64,000 nt of DNA, from the NCBI GenBank assembly GCA_951406725.2, contig OX597838.1:1178001-1242000 (forward strand). Reading direction: 5' to 3'. The notes under the pieces are model-generated. The model saw nothing but the letters and a program-made list of their open reading frames with translations, did no database searches and was not told the DNA's origin. This DNA is from Octopus vulgaris (lineage: Eukaryota). Below, in pieces: positions 38,158-50,632 of this stretch. Within the stretch, counting starts at the first letter, position 1. Each line of letters opens with the position of its first letter. Both the position numbers and the translations under genes were made by a program.

Positions 38158-39463
38158 ACACACACACACACACACACATGTGCAGTGCTCTATGCATGTT
38201 GTTGTGGACTAGATCTGTGTATGCACACCTTCTGAATGCGTTATTTTGTGTTTGTCATGGTGACAATATATCACCCCAGTAAATTACTAGTACTTCATCT
38301 CCATGAGCATTGAAATGTGAACTCGGGGACTAAATAATGTGCATTGTCTGGATCACAACTACCATCACCCCATTATTACCACCACCACTACCACTACAAC
38401 CATCACCACCACCACCATTGGAAATTAGATTTCATAGTTCGTTAGCTTGAACACTGTGTAATTACAAGGAAATTAATTTTTTACACCTACCTGCAATTCA
38501 ATCAATTGCCCTACCTCCTCCTCCTTCTCCTTCAATTAGGGGCCGCAAAATACCCTTTGTTTATTTATTTATTTACTTATTCTGTTGTATTTAAAAACAC
38601 AAATGTTGGTTAATGTTTTCTCTGTTCGTTAGTGTTTGTTAATTATCTGTTTTCACTGCCAAATTGGATGATTATCCTCCCGCCATCTCTTCTCTTCATT
38701 ACTTCATCAATAAAGATTAATTGTGTTCGATTAATGAAGCTTATACACATATACACGCTCGTTAGATACTCAACAATGATCAGGTCACTTCTTTCTTTTT
38801 AGTTTTGTCGTTTTTTTAGCCCTAGGTCTGCCTTGATTCACAACACACCTATGTTCAAAGGCATTTCAGCCATGACCATCCTGCCTTACATTCTTCAATT
38901 TGTTTTTTTATTTTTGAAATATTAAGTTGTGATATGAGATTTGGCAGCTATTTCTAGCATTTTGAGTGACCCCATTCAGGTTTCTTGTGTGTCATTGTAA
39001 TTGTGAATGGTTATCCATCCTTAACACCACCTGTCACTACATCAACTCCACCATTCAAAATGTATGTAGGTGTGTGTGCATGAATGTGTGTGTGTGTGTG
39101 TGTGTGTGCATAATTGATTTGCTTTTCGCAGGAAGGAAAGTTTTCTTGTCGAAGATACGTCTCGCTTTTATCCTTCGAAACATAGAGTAGATGAAACCTT
39201 TAGCAACTGAAGAAGGGGTTTTTTCTTTGTGTTAATTGTCCTGTACTCTATTTTTTTACTGTTTTTAAAAAATGTCCAGTTCCTTTGGCTTGTGTCTATG
39301 TTTTCGTTTCTCATTGTGTTCGACGTCCTTTTGGTGTCCTGTACTCATATATGCGTGTATATGTACATGTAGAGGTAGGTACGTACATATATGTTTATAT
39401 ATATATGCATATGTTTTATTTTATTTATTAATATATATGTATATATATATATATATATATACA

Positions 39464-40733
39464 CAGGGTGCAATGGGTGGGTAATTTGTCGCCATTTTAT
39501 ATTTTTAATTTTGCACATGCACATTGTTTGTTTTTGATTTTGTTGACTACATAGTGTAGTAGGGTCAGTTGGGCACTCTCTGTGAGAAAAACAGTACCAT
39601 GATGCAATTCACACTCTGCCAGAAATTTGGAAACGACATGCCGTACTGCTTGGCATTCACGTCGGAAGCTCCCAACATGAACATTTCAGAGTGCTTGGGT
39701 GTGAATCTGAGGACAGTGCAGAGGATTCGGAAAGAGTTGGATGAATCTAATGGCGACTACAAAAGTACAGCAGCTCAAAAAATTCACTCTGATCGTTCTG
39801 ATATGAAAAGAACCCCTGAATTTGTTGATGAGATCCAAGCCGTGATGATCCCTCCAAGTAAATCAGGTCCATCGCCAAGAACATGGGAGTGTCTGAGCTT
39901 CTTATCAGGCAGGTAGTGCATAAAGACATTCGGTATTCCTCCTACAAGATGTGAAAGGGCCTATTTTTATCCTAAGCCATCAAGGACAAGAGGAAAGACC
40001 ACGCTACGAAACTTTTGAACAAACTTGAGAATCCCCTTCAACTGAACATGCTTTGGTTTTTCTCAGATGAGAAATGTTTCTGCTAAGAACACACAGAACA
40101 ACCGTTAGCTTGTTGTGTCCCCAAAACATGTACCAAGAATGATAAAGATCAAACTTCCAGTCAATATCATGGCGTTTGGAGTGATCACTAGTGATGGCAA
40201 CTTTATACCTCCATTTATCTTCAGACTCAACATGGAGGCCTACATCAAGTGCCTGGAGGAGGTAGTGCTGCCCTGGGTCAAGAGGGTAGCTGCTGGAAGA
40301 CCCTATGTCTGGCAACAAGACTCTGCACCATGTCACACAAGTAGGAGAACCCAGTCATGGCTGTCAGACAATTTCTGCAACCACATCACACCTAATATCT
40401 AGCCACCTAATTCCCCAGACTGCAACCTCCTTGATTATTATGTGTGGAGCACAGTTGAGTGAGAGACCAACAAAACTCCTTGTAACACCAAAGATGAACT
40501 GATGGCAAAGATTATGGCAGCATTCACCAACTTAAACAAGGAGACTGCCCAGAAGAGTTGCAGGTGATTCCGTAGTCGTCTGGAAGCTGTGGTTGAAGCC
40601 AATGGCAATTTTATTGAATAAATTTACTGTAGACTTTAGTATTTCAAGATCTTTTTATGTAATTTTGGTAAATATATCTGTTAAAATGAGATGTCAGTGT
40701 TATTTTCATTTTTGCGTAGTTTACCGCACCCTG
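39464..40733 (+). mobile_element. Tc1/mariner-superfamily DD37D (maT-type) transposon, pseudogenised
   Basis: Ends CAGGGTGC...GCACCCTG followed by TA; HTH (LGVNLRTVQRI); FFSDEK; WQQDSAPCH then 37 residues to the third D in PPNSPDCNLLDYYVW. Confidence 0.92.
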
Positions 40734-41221
40734 TATATATGTATGTATGTCTGAATATTTACCTTCTGTATGTGTTTGCATGACACAGTTTGAGCAAAGC
40801 AGTGACATCATGTTTGTAGCCATGATATCACATTGTGTAACTCAACACTTTCAGTGAATGAAAACCAGTCAATGGTTATCAACAGAAAGAGTCTCTGGTC
40901 ATAGATAAGACTTTGGCCAACACAAACCAGTAATGGGAAAAACAGACATAAAAACAGTGTTGTTGATAACAGTGGAGACTAACTTCAGAATATAAAGACA
41001 CTCAGCCAAAAACCATTTCTGCTATTCTGCTCTCTTTAGGTCAGTCTGAATATTAACAAATTGCACATCCATCTGCTAATCAAGCTCTTCTGTAAATATT
41101 GCCTTTTTTTATTTTAAGGGTCTCTTTTGTATTTAGGGATTGAGTTATTTAATGCAAGAAGGCTTTGTTATTCATAATGATCTCATGATAATGTTCATCT
41201 CTAATTATCTTTTCATTCCAG

Positions 41222-41401
41222 AAATATGCTTTTTTCCAAGAACCATGCCCAGTACACTCCCCTGAAGAACTGGCTTATCTCAAATACATCCAACCCTATG
41301 TAAGCTTCTTATCAAAGATTACCTTCTGGTGGATTACTGATTTGATAAGGAAAGGTTTCCGACATGTCATAGAGTTACACAACCTGGGTAAACTCCCTAT
41401 G
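41222..41401 (+). CDS. ABCC8/9-like: SUR-like exon, L0/lasso (KYAFFQEP...QPYVSFLSKITFWWITDLIRKG...LGKLPM)
   Basis: TTCCAG acceptor and GTAAGT donor; 180 nt, phase 0; LSKxTFWW and LGKLP motifs. Confidence 0.95.
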
Positions 41402-42288
41402 GTAAGTAAAGGATCTGACTCCATCTCTTTCACTTCCCTAACTCCTCTCTCAGTGGCCCCTTTCTCAAGGCTTGACTTCACTGCTGATGGTTTCTATTCT
41501 ATCGGACCCTAAAATGGCACGGCTCCACTCACTACACCAAATTCTCTCTCTCTCTCTCTCTTTCAAATCATATGTGATAAGTTTCTTGTTGCTAATGTAT
41601 CACACCATTGATATTTCTCTCACATTGGATGTGTCAAAACTGTGTGTATGTGTGTGTGTGTGTGTGTGCCTAAATGTGTGTTTGTATATATATGTATGTC
41701 CACTGTGTCTCTAAATAATGTGTTGTATGTCTGTACTTCCAGAACCTCTCCCACCATGACCACCACTACATTACATCAACTACATAGTGCATTCTTTAAC
41801 ACCCTAAGAACTGTAATGAACTCCGTTACATCACATCTGTGGAGGGTATTTCTTAACATAATGTGAACTGTGATGAATACCATCATACCACGTTTACTAC
41901 ATATGATATCCTTATAGAAACATATGCCACAGGCAGTGATAGAACATGCTGAAAGGAGCTTCAATACACTACCCTGTCCCCTGTCCCATCATCATCATCG
42001 TCATCATCATCACCATAGTCATTATTGTTGCATGTAGGATGAACCTAGCTGTCAGAGGTTTAACAAGATGGGGCAGGCTGGGGTTATGGTGACACAGGTT
42101 GTTTGGTGGAGAAGACTGAAGTTGACACTTTTCTCTTCATTCAAACCCTTATCAACTTTTTCAAGTTTCACTTGGAAAAGAAAGGACTGAAAGTGGAGGG
42201 GGAAGTATTTTTTCCCAGCAAATTTGTCAAAAGGTGAGTGATTCTGGCATAAAATGGTTAAGGTGACTGGACCCATCATCATCACCAT

Positions 42289-43500
42289 TATTATTATTAT
42301 TACTCATCATCATGGCAATCCCTCAAGGTCGAGGATGATGGTCTTCGCGCAAATTTACTGGGGAGTCCGTAGGTGACCGATAAGACCAATACTTGCTTGA
42401 AAAGATCGGTCGCAGTGCGAACATCTAGTGCCGGAAGGGAGAGTCGCACATGGTTGTTGTTGGCGCTCCTTCCGTCGTCTTTTCTCCTCCAGCTCTGCAG
42501 ACCTTTTGACTCGAAAGTCGCTGTTCCCTCATGGATGGTGGTTTTCCAGAGTGGTCTGTTTTTTGCCGTTTCCTCCCACTTAGTGAAGTCGATGTCACAC
42601 TTTTTGAGGTTTGTTTTCAGGGAGTCCTTGCAGCGTTTCTTCTGGCCTCCTTTTGTACGCTTGCCGTCTTTGAGTTGTGAGTAGAATATCTGTTTGGGAA
42701 GTCGTTCGTCAGTCATTCTGACCATGTGGCTGCTCCATCTTAGTTGGCCTTTGATGACATAGGCTTCGATGCTGGTCATTTTTGCTTCTTGTAGCACGCT
42801 GACGTTTGTTCTACCGTCTTCTCAGCTGATGTTAAGGATCTTCCGAAGACAGCGTTGGTGAAATTTCTCGAGCGTTTTCAGGTGGTGACTATACGGGGTC
42901 CAGGTTTCGGATGCATAAAGGAGGGTTGGAATACTGACTGCCCTGTCCACCATGAGTTTGGTTTCAGTTCGGATGTCCCGATCAGCAAAAACTCTTGTTT
43001 GAAGCTTGCCGAAAGCTGTTCCTGCACACTTCAGATGGTGTTGGATTTCATTGCTGAGGTCTACCTTTGCTGACAGATGGCTCCCAAGGTAGCAGAAATG
43101 GTTCACATTTTCCAGTGGAATTCCTTCAAGTTGAATCGATGGCGGGTTGTCAACACAGGTATTGGGAGGAGGTTGGTAGAGTAAGTGAGTCTTCTTGATG
43201 TTGATGCTCAGTCCAAGTTTAGTTGAAAAGCATTTAGGATCTGTTGGAGGTGATCCTCTCTGTAAGCTGCTACACTGTTGTCGTCGGCATATTGGAACTC
43301 TAGCAAGCTTCGCACCATTGTCTTTGACGTACTTTTGAGGTGAGCGAGGTTGAAAAGCTTGCCGTCCATTCTGTACGAGATCTCGATGCCAGGTAGAAGG
43401 TCATCTCGTATGACGTGCAACACTGTCGCGATAAAGATGGTAAAGAGAGTTGGCACTATCATGCAGCCTTGCTTCACTCCGGAGGTGACTTTAAAGGGCT
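42289..43500 (-). mobile_element. 5'-truncated RTE-clade (BovB-like) LINE, fairly young
   Basis: GVKQGC..PTLF, FQYADD, FCYLGS, IPTLLYASETW, FHQRCLRKIL, LRW..H..RM..RLPKQIFYSQL and GGQKKR.KD.LK motifs; (TAA)n tail at about 42290. Confidence 0.95.
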
Positions 43501-43732
43501 TTAAATTGTATATTGTGGTGATTATTATTACTATTATTATTATTCTTAAGACAGTGAGCCGGCAGAATCATTAGCACACCGGGCATACGTTCTGAGTTCA
43601 ATTCTGCCAAGGTCAGCTTTCCTCTTCATTCTTTCAGGGTTGATGAAATAAGTACCAGTGAAACACTGGGGTCATTGTAATCAACTAGTCCCCTCCCCAC
43701 AAATTTCAGGCTTTGTGCCTTTAGTAGAAAGG

Positions 43733-44150
43733 ATTATTACTATTATTTTGGTCTGTCTCAGGTTAGGTCTTATTCCTGGTAAGGATTCTGTTGATACCGG
43801 GTTTACTACCGGTGACCTTAGGTATCCACACGTTTTCAGCAGTCTTTCAAGTGCTTAGAACCCGAGCTCTACTGGGTATTCTATTCCAATCTCCTTTAGC
43901 CATTTGTCTATATCTTGGTTTACTGTTCCCAACACACCAATTATTATAGGCACAGCCTTTACTGTTCTCGTGCTCCGAATTCTTCCTATTTCAAAATTTA
44001 AGGGATTGTATTTTTTTTGCTTTTTTGTCCCCTTTCTTTTTGACCCCAGAATCAAACAGGCATGATGGGTCAATTAGTAAGCAGATATTATTATTTTGTT
44101 TATGAATTTGTGTTGCAAGACTCCTCATGTGAAACTGTGTGTTGAAACAG
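43733..44150 (-). mobile_element. R4/Dong-clade LINE 3' end (restriction-like endonuclease domain)
   Basis: LLIDPSCLFD...KKY..L..EI.RI....V..VPIIIGVLGTV...KWL..IGI; ends in a TAA-repeat tail. Confidence 0.8.
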
Positions 44151-44156
44151 ATATTC

Positions 44157-44525
44157 TTGTATTTTGGGATGGTCAATTTTTTTGTTTTTGTTTTTCCAAA
44201 TAAACACATGCGCCATATATTCATTCTTCACTTGCTTATCACTGTTATTATTCTAACGAATGTCCATTGTCCGGAAATCTTTCATCACACATCTGTGACC
44301 TCTTCAATGACATTTTCCATCCTCATGTGTCAATCATGGATTAAGCAGAGCAAGAGCACACACAAGAATGGAAAGTGTTGCTGAAGAGGTCACAGATGTG
44401 TGACACAGGATTTACGGACAAATGACATTCGTTAGAATAAGAACAGTAATAAACGAGTGGAGAACGAATATTTAGTGCCTGTGTTTATTTAGCAAAAAAA
44501 AAAAAAAGACCATCCTGAAATACAA
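44157..44525. mobile_element. Older head-to-head inverted repeat with a decayed hammerhead core in each arm
   Basis: Arms 44157-44330 / 44360-44525, roughly 80% identical by eye; both carry (C/T)TGAAGA-GGTCACAGATGTGTGA. Confidence 0.5.
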
Positions 44526-44526
44526 C

Positions 44527-44562
<36 letters not shown>

Positions 44563-45578
44563 GTCTACCTAAACTGTTTTAATCCTCTTAAAAACCAGAA
44601 CACTGTCATATTTACTGGATTTGGATTAATACATTCCCCCCCCCCCTATTTGTTCCATCTCTCTATCAAATCCACCCCTCACTCTATTGTACTTTGTCTC
44701 CCTCTTTCCCTTTTGCTGTCTTCTCTCTCTCTCCTCTCTTGTAACTCCTAATCTCCCTCCTCCTCTCCCACACTCTCTATTGCTCTTTCCCTCCAACTCT
44801 GTACTTCCTCCTACCTCTCACCTCTACTCACAATTCTGCGTCACTGACCTTGATATATGTAATACCAGCATGGCATTCTCACCACCACACACCACCAACC
44901 TCAACCTTCAAACTAACCTAATTGTTGTTGTTGTTGTTGTTAGCCATGGTCCATCCCATCGATGATGACAGGAAGATATTTAAACATCAACCAACTGTAA
45001 TCCACCAATCATTCACTCCAGATCTACCCATATCTCTCTGTAGTTGATGACTATTGAGTAACTGGGTGATGATGATGATGGTGGTGGTGGTGGCGATGGT
45101 GTTTGTAGTGTGATGGAAATGGTGGTGTTGGTAGTTGTAGTGATGGTGGTGGTGATGATGGTGTTTGTAGTGGTGGTTGCCGCTTAAGGCTTGGCTCAGC
45201 TCTGATCCAACTGATTTATGATTAAAGATGTTCCAGTTGTGCTTGTTACTCTCAGCCCTTAATAACCAGACCCTATTGTTAAAGGTTCTCCTGCCATAAC
45301 CACTCCGACGTTTATTTTCACAGTGTATCTTGGGCTGCAGTATTTATTGTGCCCCCTTTTTTTTTGAAGGAAGTAGAATGTGATTCAAGAGTTATTTGGT
45401 GGCTGATTGTAGTTAGCTGATCACATCAACCCCAGTACGTAATTGGTACTTAATTTATTGACCCCGAAAGGATGAAAGTCAAAGTTGACCTCTGTGGAAT
45501 TTGAGCTCAGAGATGGAGATTGGTGAAATGACACTAAGCATTTTGTCTGGCATGCTCAGGGTTTTGCCAGCCACTGCC

Positions 45579-45608
<30 letters not shown>

Positions 45609-45611
<3 letters not shown>

Positions 45612-46165
45612 GCCCTGATGCAGTACCAGGCAGTGGCTCTCATGGCTTCTGATCTTAACTGATTGGAAGTGTTATCATGTACATTGTTTTGTCTTGGTAT
45701 AAAAGATGGGCTACAGCAAATATTCTGCTCAATACCACAGATTTGCTTGTCAGTTGTTTGACCTTAACCAGTTGAGCATGTCCCTTAGTGGCTGACGATA
45801 TGTGCATCTCTGATCACGAGCAGAAGTAGTGGGGGAGCATCATAGCCATGTGTTGAGAGGGATTCTTTGGGGTTTGAATAGTTCACCTCTGGAAACATGG
45901 GTGGTTCTTTCAACATCCTTAAGCAACCCTTATTCAGGGACCGTTTGAGCGGGATGGGCTACTCAACCTGAAGAAAATTCTAACTGGGCCCCACCTGCAA
46001 GGTCATGTGCTGTTTATCTTGATATGAGATCACCATATCGCGCACATATGGTTGTGATGCATGTGCCTGGTGTACCTTTATCAGACGGGTAGTCATGATG
46101 GGTATATTGGGCTTCGTATATTTTACTCCAGTGTCACTTTGATGGCATAAACTGCTCTCTCACTC
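45609..46165. mobile_element. About 560-bp interspersed element inserted in an (AAT)n tract
   Basis: Non-coding block flanked on both sides by (AAT)n; no long ORF. The repeat call rests on this context and on recollection of a similar octopus repeat. Confidence 0.55.
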
Positions 46166-47687
46166 AATAATAATAATAATATTGATTTCACAATTTTGGC
46201 ACAAGCTGGTGATTTCAGGGGTGGGGTTAAGTTAATTACACCGACCCCAGTTCTCGACTGGTACTTATTTATTTGACCCCACAAAAATATGAAAAGCAAA
46301 GTTGACCTCGGCAGTATTTGAACTCAGAACGTAAAGATTAAAGATGGATGAAATGCCACTAAGCATTATGTCCAGTATGCTAATGCTTCTGCCAGCAACT
46401 TTTTTGCATTGGTGCAAAGCCAGAAATTTTCAAATGGAAATGGTCAGTTATGTCAATCTCAGAATTTGACTTTATTTACCCTTGAGGGACGAAAGGCAAA
46501 AGTGACGTCAGTGGGGTTTGAACATGAAAGGCCAGAACTTGACAGTTTGTCACCCAATACTAATAGTGAAAATGATGATAAAATTTTCATTAGGGAAAAC
46601 AGAAATATTGGTTATGGAAAATGTCTAATGATAAGAGAATGACATGGAATGGTTGTGTACATCACTTGTCTCTGCGTGACTTTAGGGTCCACTTGAAGTA
46701 TGAGGCATTTACTGTGACCCTATTATAGGTGGCCAGTGCAACCCTATAAAGGGTGTGGTATGTGTGTCTTTAGAAGGTTGGTTACGGTGACCCCATGGAC
46801 CTGACTGCATGTGGTTTGCAATGCCCCCATCATCATCATCACCACTCCTCCCCACTCTCTCCACCACCATCACCATTATCAATAATAGTTGTTTCTAACG
46901 TTGGCACAAGGCCAGAAATTAGTTGAAGGGGTTTACTTGATTGCATTGACCCCAGCATTTGTCCAGAACTTTATTCTGGAGGGATAAAAAGTGAAATTGA
47001 CATTGGTGGGATTTGAACTCAGAACACCCACTCATGATCACCACACACTGCAGGCCCTTCCGCTCACTGCAGACCCACCATATGCTCATCCACACACACT
47101 CTCCATGCCCTCACATATCTACCATCCTCTCCCCAGCTGCTCCAGTTTCTCTCTTCATCATTTGCTACAGTCACCTATTCCCCCATCTCTAAACACCTCT
47201 TCTCATGCCATAATGAAACAGCCCCCTCTATCCCGTCTCTACCACCTGTACCTTGTGGGTATGTTCCAATTCGTCTCCAACACCATCTGTTTCTTTCTGT
47301 CTCTATCTTTCCCTTGGACCCTATATCCTTTTCCTCTCCTTTCTTTTCCTTCTGGGGGAGCCAAGTATCTCCTTTATAGTTAGAAACCTACCGTTATCCT
47401 TGAGCTTCTCAACTGGCACAAACCTACCTCCTTCAGCACTACTCTCCTCTCCTGGCCAAAGGGTCTTTGTCTGATCTGGTGTGGGTGTCACATAAAAAGC
47501 ACCCAGTCCACTCTGTAAAGTGGTTGGCATCCAGCTGCAGAAACCAAAGCAGACAACTGGTGCCCCCCTCACTGACTTGCCAGCTTCTGTCAAACTGTCC
47601 AACCCATGCCAGCATGGAAAACAGACATTAAATGATGATGATAACATAAAGAGAAATACCACAGGGCATTTTGTTTGGCACTCTACC

Positions 47688-48113
47688 CAGTGCTGGATTA
47701 ACCATAAAGCAGAATAAGCACATGCTTAGGGTATCAAGGGAAGGAGGGGGTACCACAGAAATGGTAAAAGGTTTACAGCACAAAAGAAATCACTTTAAAC
47801 TTGCTAAAATAATATTTGGGATGCCTTTATCTCTACTAAATATAGATGCAGATGTGTTACCTAAGATTAATTTTGAGGATCTGATCAAAGACTTTAAAAT
47901 TCAGAAAAGTAGGAGGAAACTTTTCAAATCTGAATAAAGGAGAAGGAGACAAAAATAAACACTATTTTCCCTCTTACTGTTTTGTTTTGTTTTGAAAAAC
48001 AAAAATTTATTTTATGGTTTGTTATTGTTTATATTTTGAATTACATAATCTTTTATGGAGGCACCAAAATGTTTTAAGTGCTTAGGGCCTCGATGGATCT
48101 TAATCCAGCCCTG
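47688..48113 (+). mobile_element. Non-autonomous hAT element retaining the transposase C-terminus
   Basis: TIR CAG(T/G)GCTGGATTAA; perfect 8-bp TSD ACTCTACC; LSLLNIDADVLPKINFEDLIKDF..KSRRK dimerisation-domain tail. Confidence 0.92.
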
Positions 48114-48246
48114 ACTCTACCAATACTGCCAATCCATTGGTCAGTATTAATAATATTTTCACACAGGAGAGTCTGTAGTGGGGAGGGTCACAAAGTTCAA
48201 TATTCAAGAGGAATGAATAAAGTTTCAGTCTGTCCTATGTCAGAGG

Positions 48247-48282
<36 letters not shown>

Positions 48283-48510
48283 GTGGTGTTGTGTGAACTC
48301 CTGTAGACAAGTAAAGGAAGAGATGGAGAGATTCAATTTTGTCATTTATTTTGCCAGCTGTAACAGCCTCAGTGATTTTCTATGTTTCGTCCTCAATCCC
48401 AGATTGCAATACAACTCATTGAACTGCTTTTGTGACTATTTGGTTGCTTACGTAACCAATTGCTTCATATTTCAAATGTTTATCTAACGTTTTCACTTTT
48501 AATATTTCAG

Positions 48511-48567
48511 ACAGAGAAATCTACCTACAACTACAAGAAGATTTGGATTTCATTTGAAAACAACAAG
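48511..48567 (+). CDS. ABCC8/9-like: SUR-like exon (TEKSTYNYKKIWISFENNK)
   Basis: TTTCAG acceptor and GTTTGT donor; 57 nt; matches the L0 segment NYxxLxxxF. Confidence 0.88.
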
Positions 48568-49144
48568 GTTTGTTCTTGTTTTTACAGATGATCAGTTTTA
48601 CTAATTTAAATGATGAATACTAAGTGGTACAGCACAGTACCAGCTGGTACAATACAGTAGCTAGGAGTATAGTATTTATGTCATACACTAAAATATCTGG
48701 TACTGTACAGTGTCTGGTGGTTTAGTACCTACTCTGATCTAAAACTGAGGGGATAAAACACACGTGCAATGTTGAGTTAAACTTCAGTATTTCACTGAGA
48801 TATTCTTCCCAGAAATGGCTCCAGAAACTTTGTGTCACCTTGGTGTTACATTGTGACATATTTATGGTGATAATATGTAACAGCTTAAGGTGAAGAGCTG
48901 GCAGAATCGTTAGCATGCCTTACCTTCATGAGGCCCAACGCTCGAAAGGTGCTTTTTACGGGCCACCAGTATTGGCCATGACTACATCAGTCAGTTACGT
49001 GTCACCAGCATCGGCCATGACTGTGATTTCAGTTGGTTTGATGGGTCTTCTCAAGCACAGCATATTGCCAAAAGTCTCGGTTGCTTGTCGTTACTTCCAT
49101 GAGGTCCAATGTTCAAAGATCATGCTTCACCGCCTCACCCCATG

Positions 49145-49350
49145 TCTTCTTAGGTCTACCTCTACCACAGGTTCCCTCCACAGTTAGAGGTCTGTCCTTG
49201 TCCATACACATCACATGACCATATCAGTGCATTTGTCTCTCTTTCACACCACATCTGATGCCTCTTATGCCCAACTTTTCTCTTCAGATGCTTACACTCT
49301 GTCGTACATGCACACTGACATTGCACATCCAGTGAAGCATATTGGCTTCA
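49145..49350 (-). mobile_element. Short RTE LINE fragment
   Basis: Reverse complement gives WMCNVSVHVRQSVS..REKLGIRGIRC...WYGHVM. Confidence 0.65.
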
Positions 49351-49377
49351 CATCTATGTAAATATCTGTTTCTGTGC

Positions 49378-49573
49378 CAGTGGTTCTTTACCTTTCTAAT
49401 ATCCAAGTCAGATCCCAAACCTGGATTTTTTTAGGGGTTCACACCAGAAAAAGTTAGACACAAGTCAAGTAAATGAAACCTTGTTATACGTATAGAGGGA
49501 AGACTGTCAGGAGCTGCCGGGAGGATGCTTGTGGGTAACATGCGGCCCCAGGAGCCACACTTAAGGACCACTG
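49378..49573. mobile_element. Decayed hAT MITE
   Basis: CAGTGGTTCTT...AAGGACCACTG ends; imperfect TSD TTCTGTGC / TTGTATGC. Confidence 0.55.
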
Positions 49574-49651
49574 TTGTATGCTCTATTACAAATCTGAAGT
49601 ATTCTCCATTCTTTAAGTGAAATTTCTGTAATTATTCTCTTGTCATTTCAG

Positions 49652-49996
49652 CAATCAAAATTACGGTTGGGGCTGAAGCCATCTTTGTTAGTCAGCATGT
49701 TTAAAGCTTCCTGGCCGGCCATTATCTGGAGTGGTTGTCTTCGTCTAACAGCTGACTTACTGGCATTCATTGGCCCATGGTGGATAGAAGATATTCTCAA
49801 CTATTGTAATGAATTCAGTCAACCAATTGGTTCGACTAGCAGACACCACAATGCTACATCACGTGTAGTGTCTGTCACCCGACGTTCCCTGGAAGATGAC
49901 GTTGGAGCTGTTTATTCTATCTACAATGGATCGTCTACCACCACCACCGCCATTAAGACCACTGTGGCGGCACTCTTGCCTCTACAGGATAAAAAG
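49652..49996 (+). CDS. ABCC8/9-like: SUR-like exon, TM6 plus long loop
   Basis: ATTTCAG acceptor and AAG|GTAGGG donor; 345 nt; RLxADLLAFIGP motif. Confidence 0.92.
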
Positions 49997-50479
49997 GTAG
50001 GGATATGTGTGTGTGATTGTGTGTAGGTGTGCGTCTGTTTATTTGTGGTGAGTGTATGCTAGTTTGTGCGTTAGTTTGTGTGTGTATGCACATGAATCTA
50101 CATAAGTATATGTGCGTGTGTGTGTGTGTGTCTTCTACCCACATTTTATGCATAACAGTAACCCCACCCACCTTCATATCCACTGTCTTTCTCACAGAAC
50201 TACATCCTCCACCACCACATGCCTTCCACCCATGAAGCTCCCACTTCTACCTCCTCTCCACATGTGCCATATACATCACATGTCACACTCATAATTCCAT
50301 AATACCACATGTATGATAACCTGAAAGAATCACATGTACCATGGCCACCACTACATATTACAAAACACATCATGCTCCCTCCCCCATAGTGCCCCCATTT
50401 CCCCTACTCAGTACCACATGAACCATGCCAACCCCCAGTACAACATGTACACCATAACCATTATCTCTCTCTTTTGCAG

Positions 50480-50632
50480 GACAACTTAAACGTGTCTGTC
50501 ACTGAGTTCTTCTCCAATGGCTACATCCTCATCACTTTAGTGTTTGTACTCATGTTATTGCAGTACTCTCTCATGGAGTACCATTTTTTTATACTCATCC
50601 GAGAAGGGATGAGGATGAAAGCCGCTATACAG
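50480..50632 (+). CDS. ABCC8/9-like: SUR-like exon, TM7 (VSVTEFFSNGYIL...REGMRMKAAIQ)
   Basis: TTTTGCAG acceptor and GTAAGT donor; 153 nt. Confidence 0.95.
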
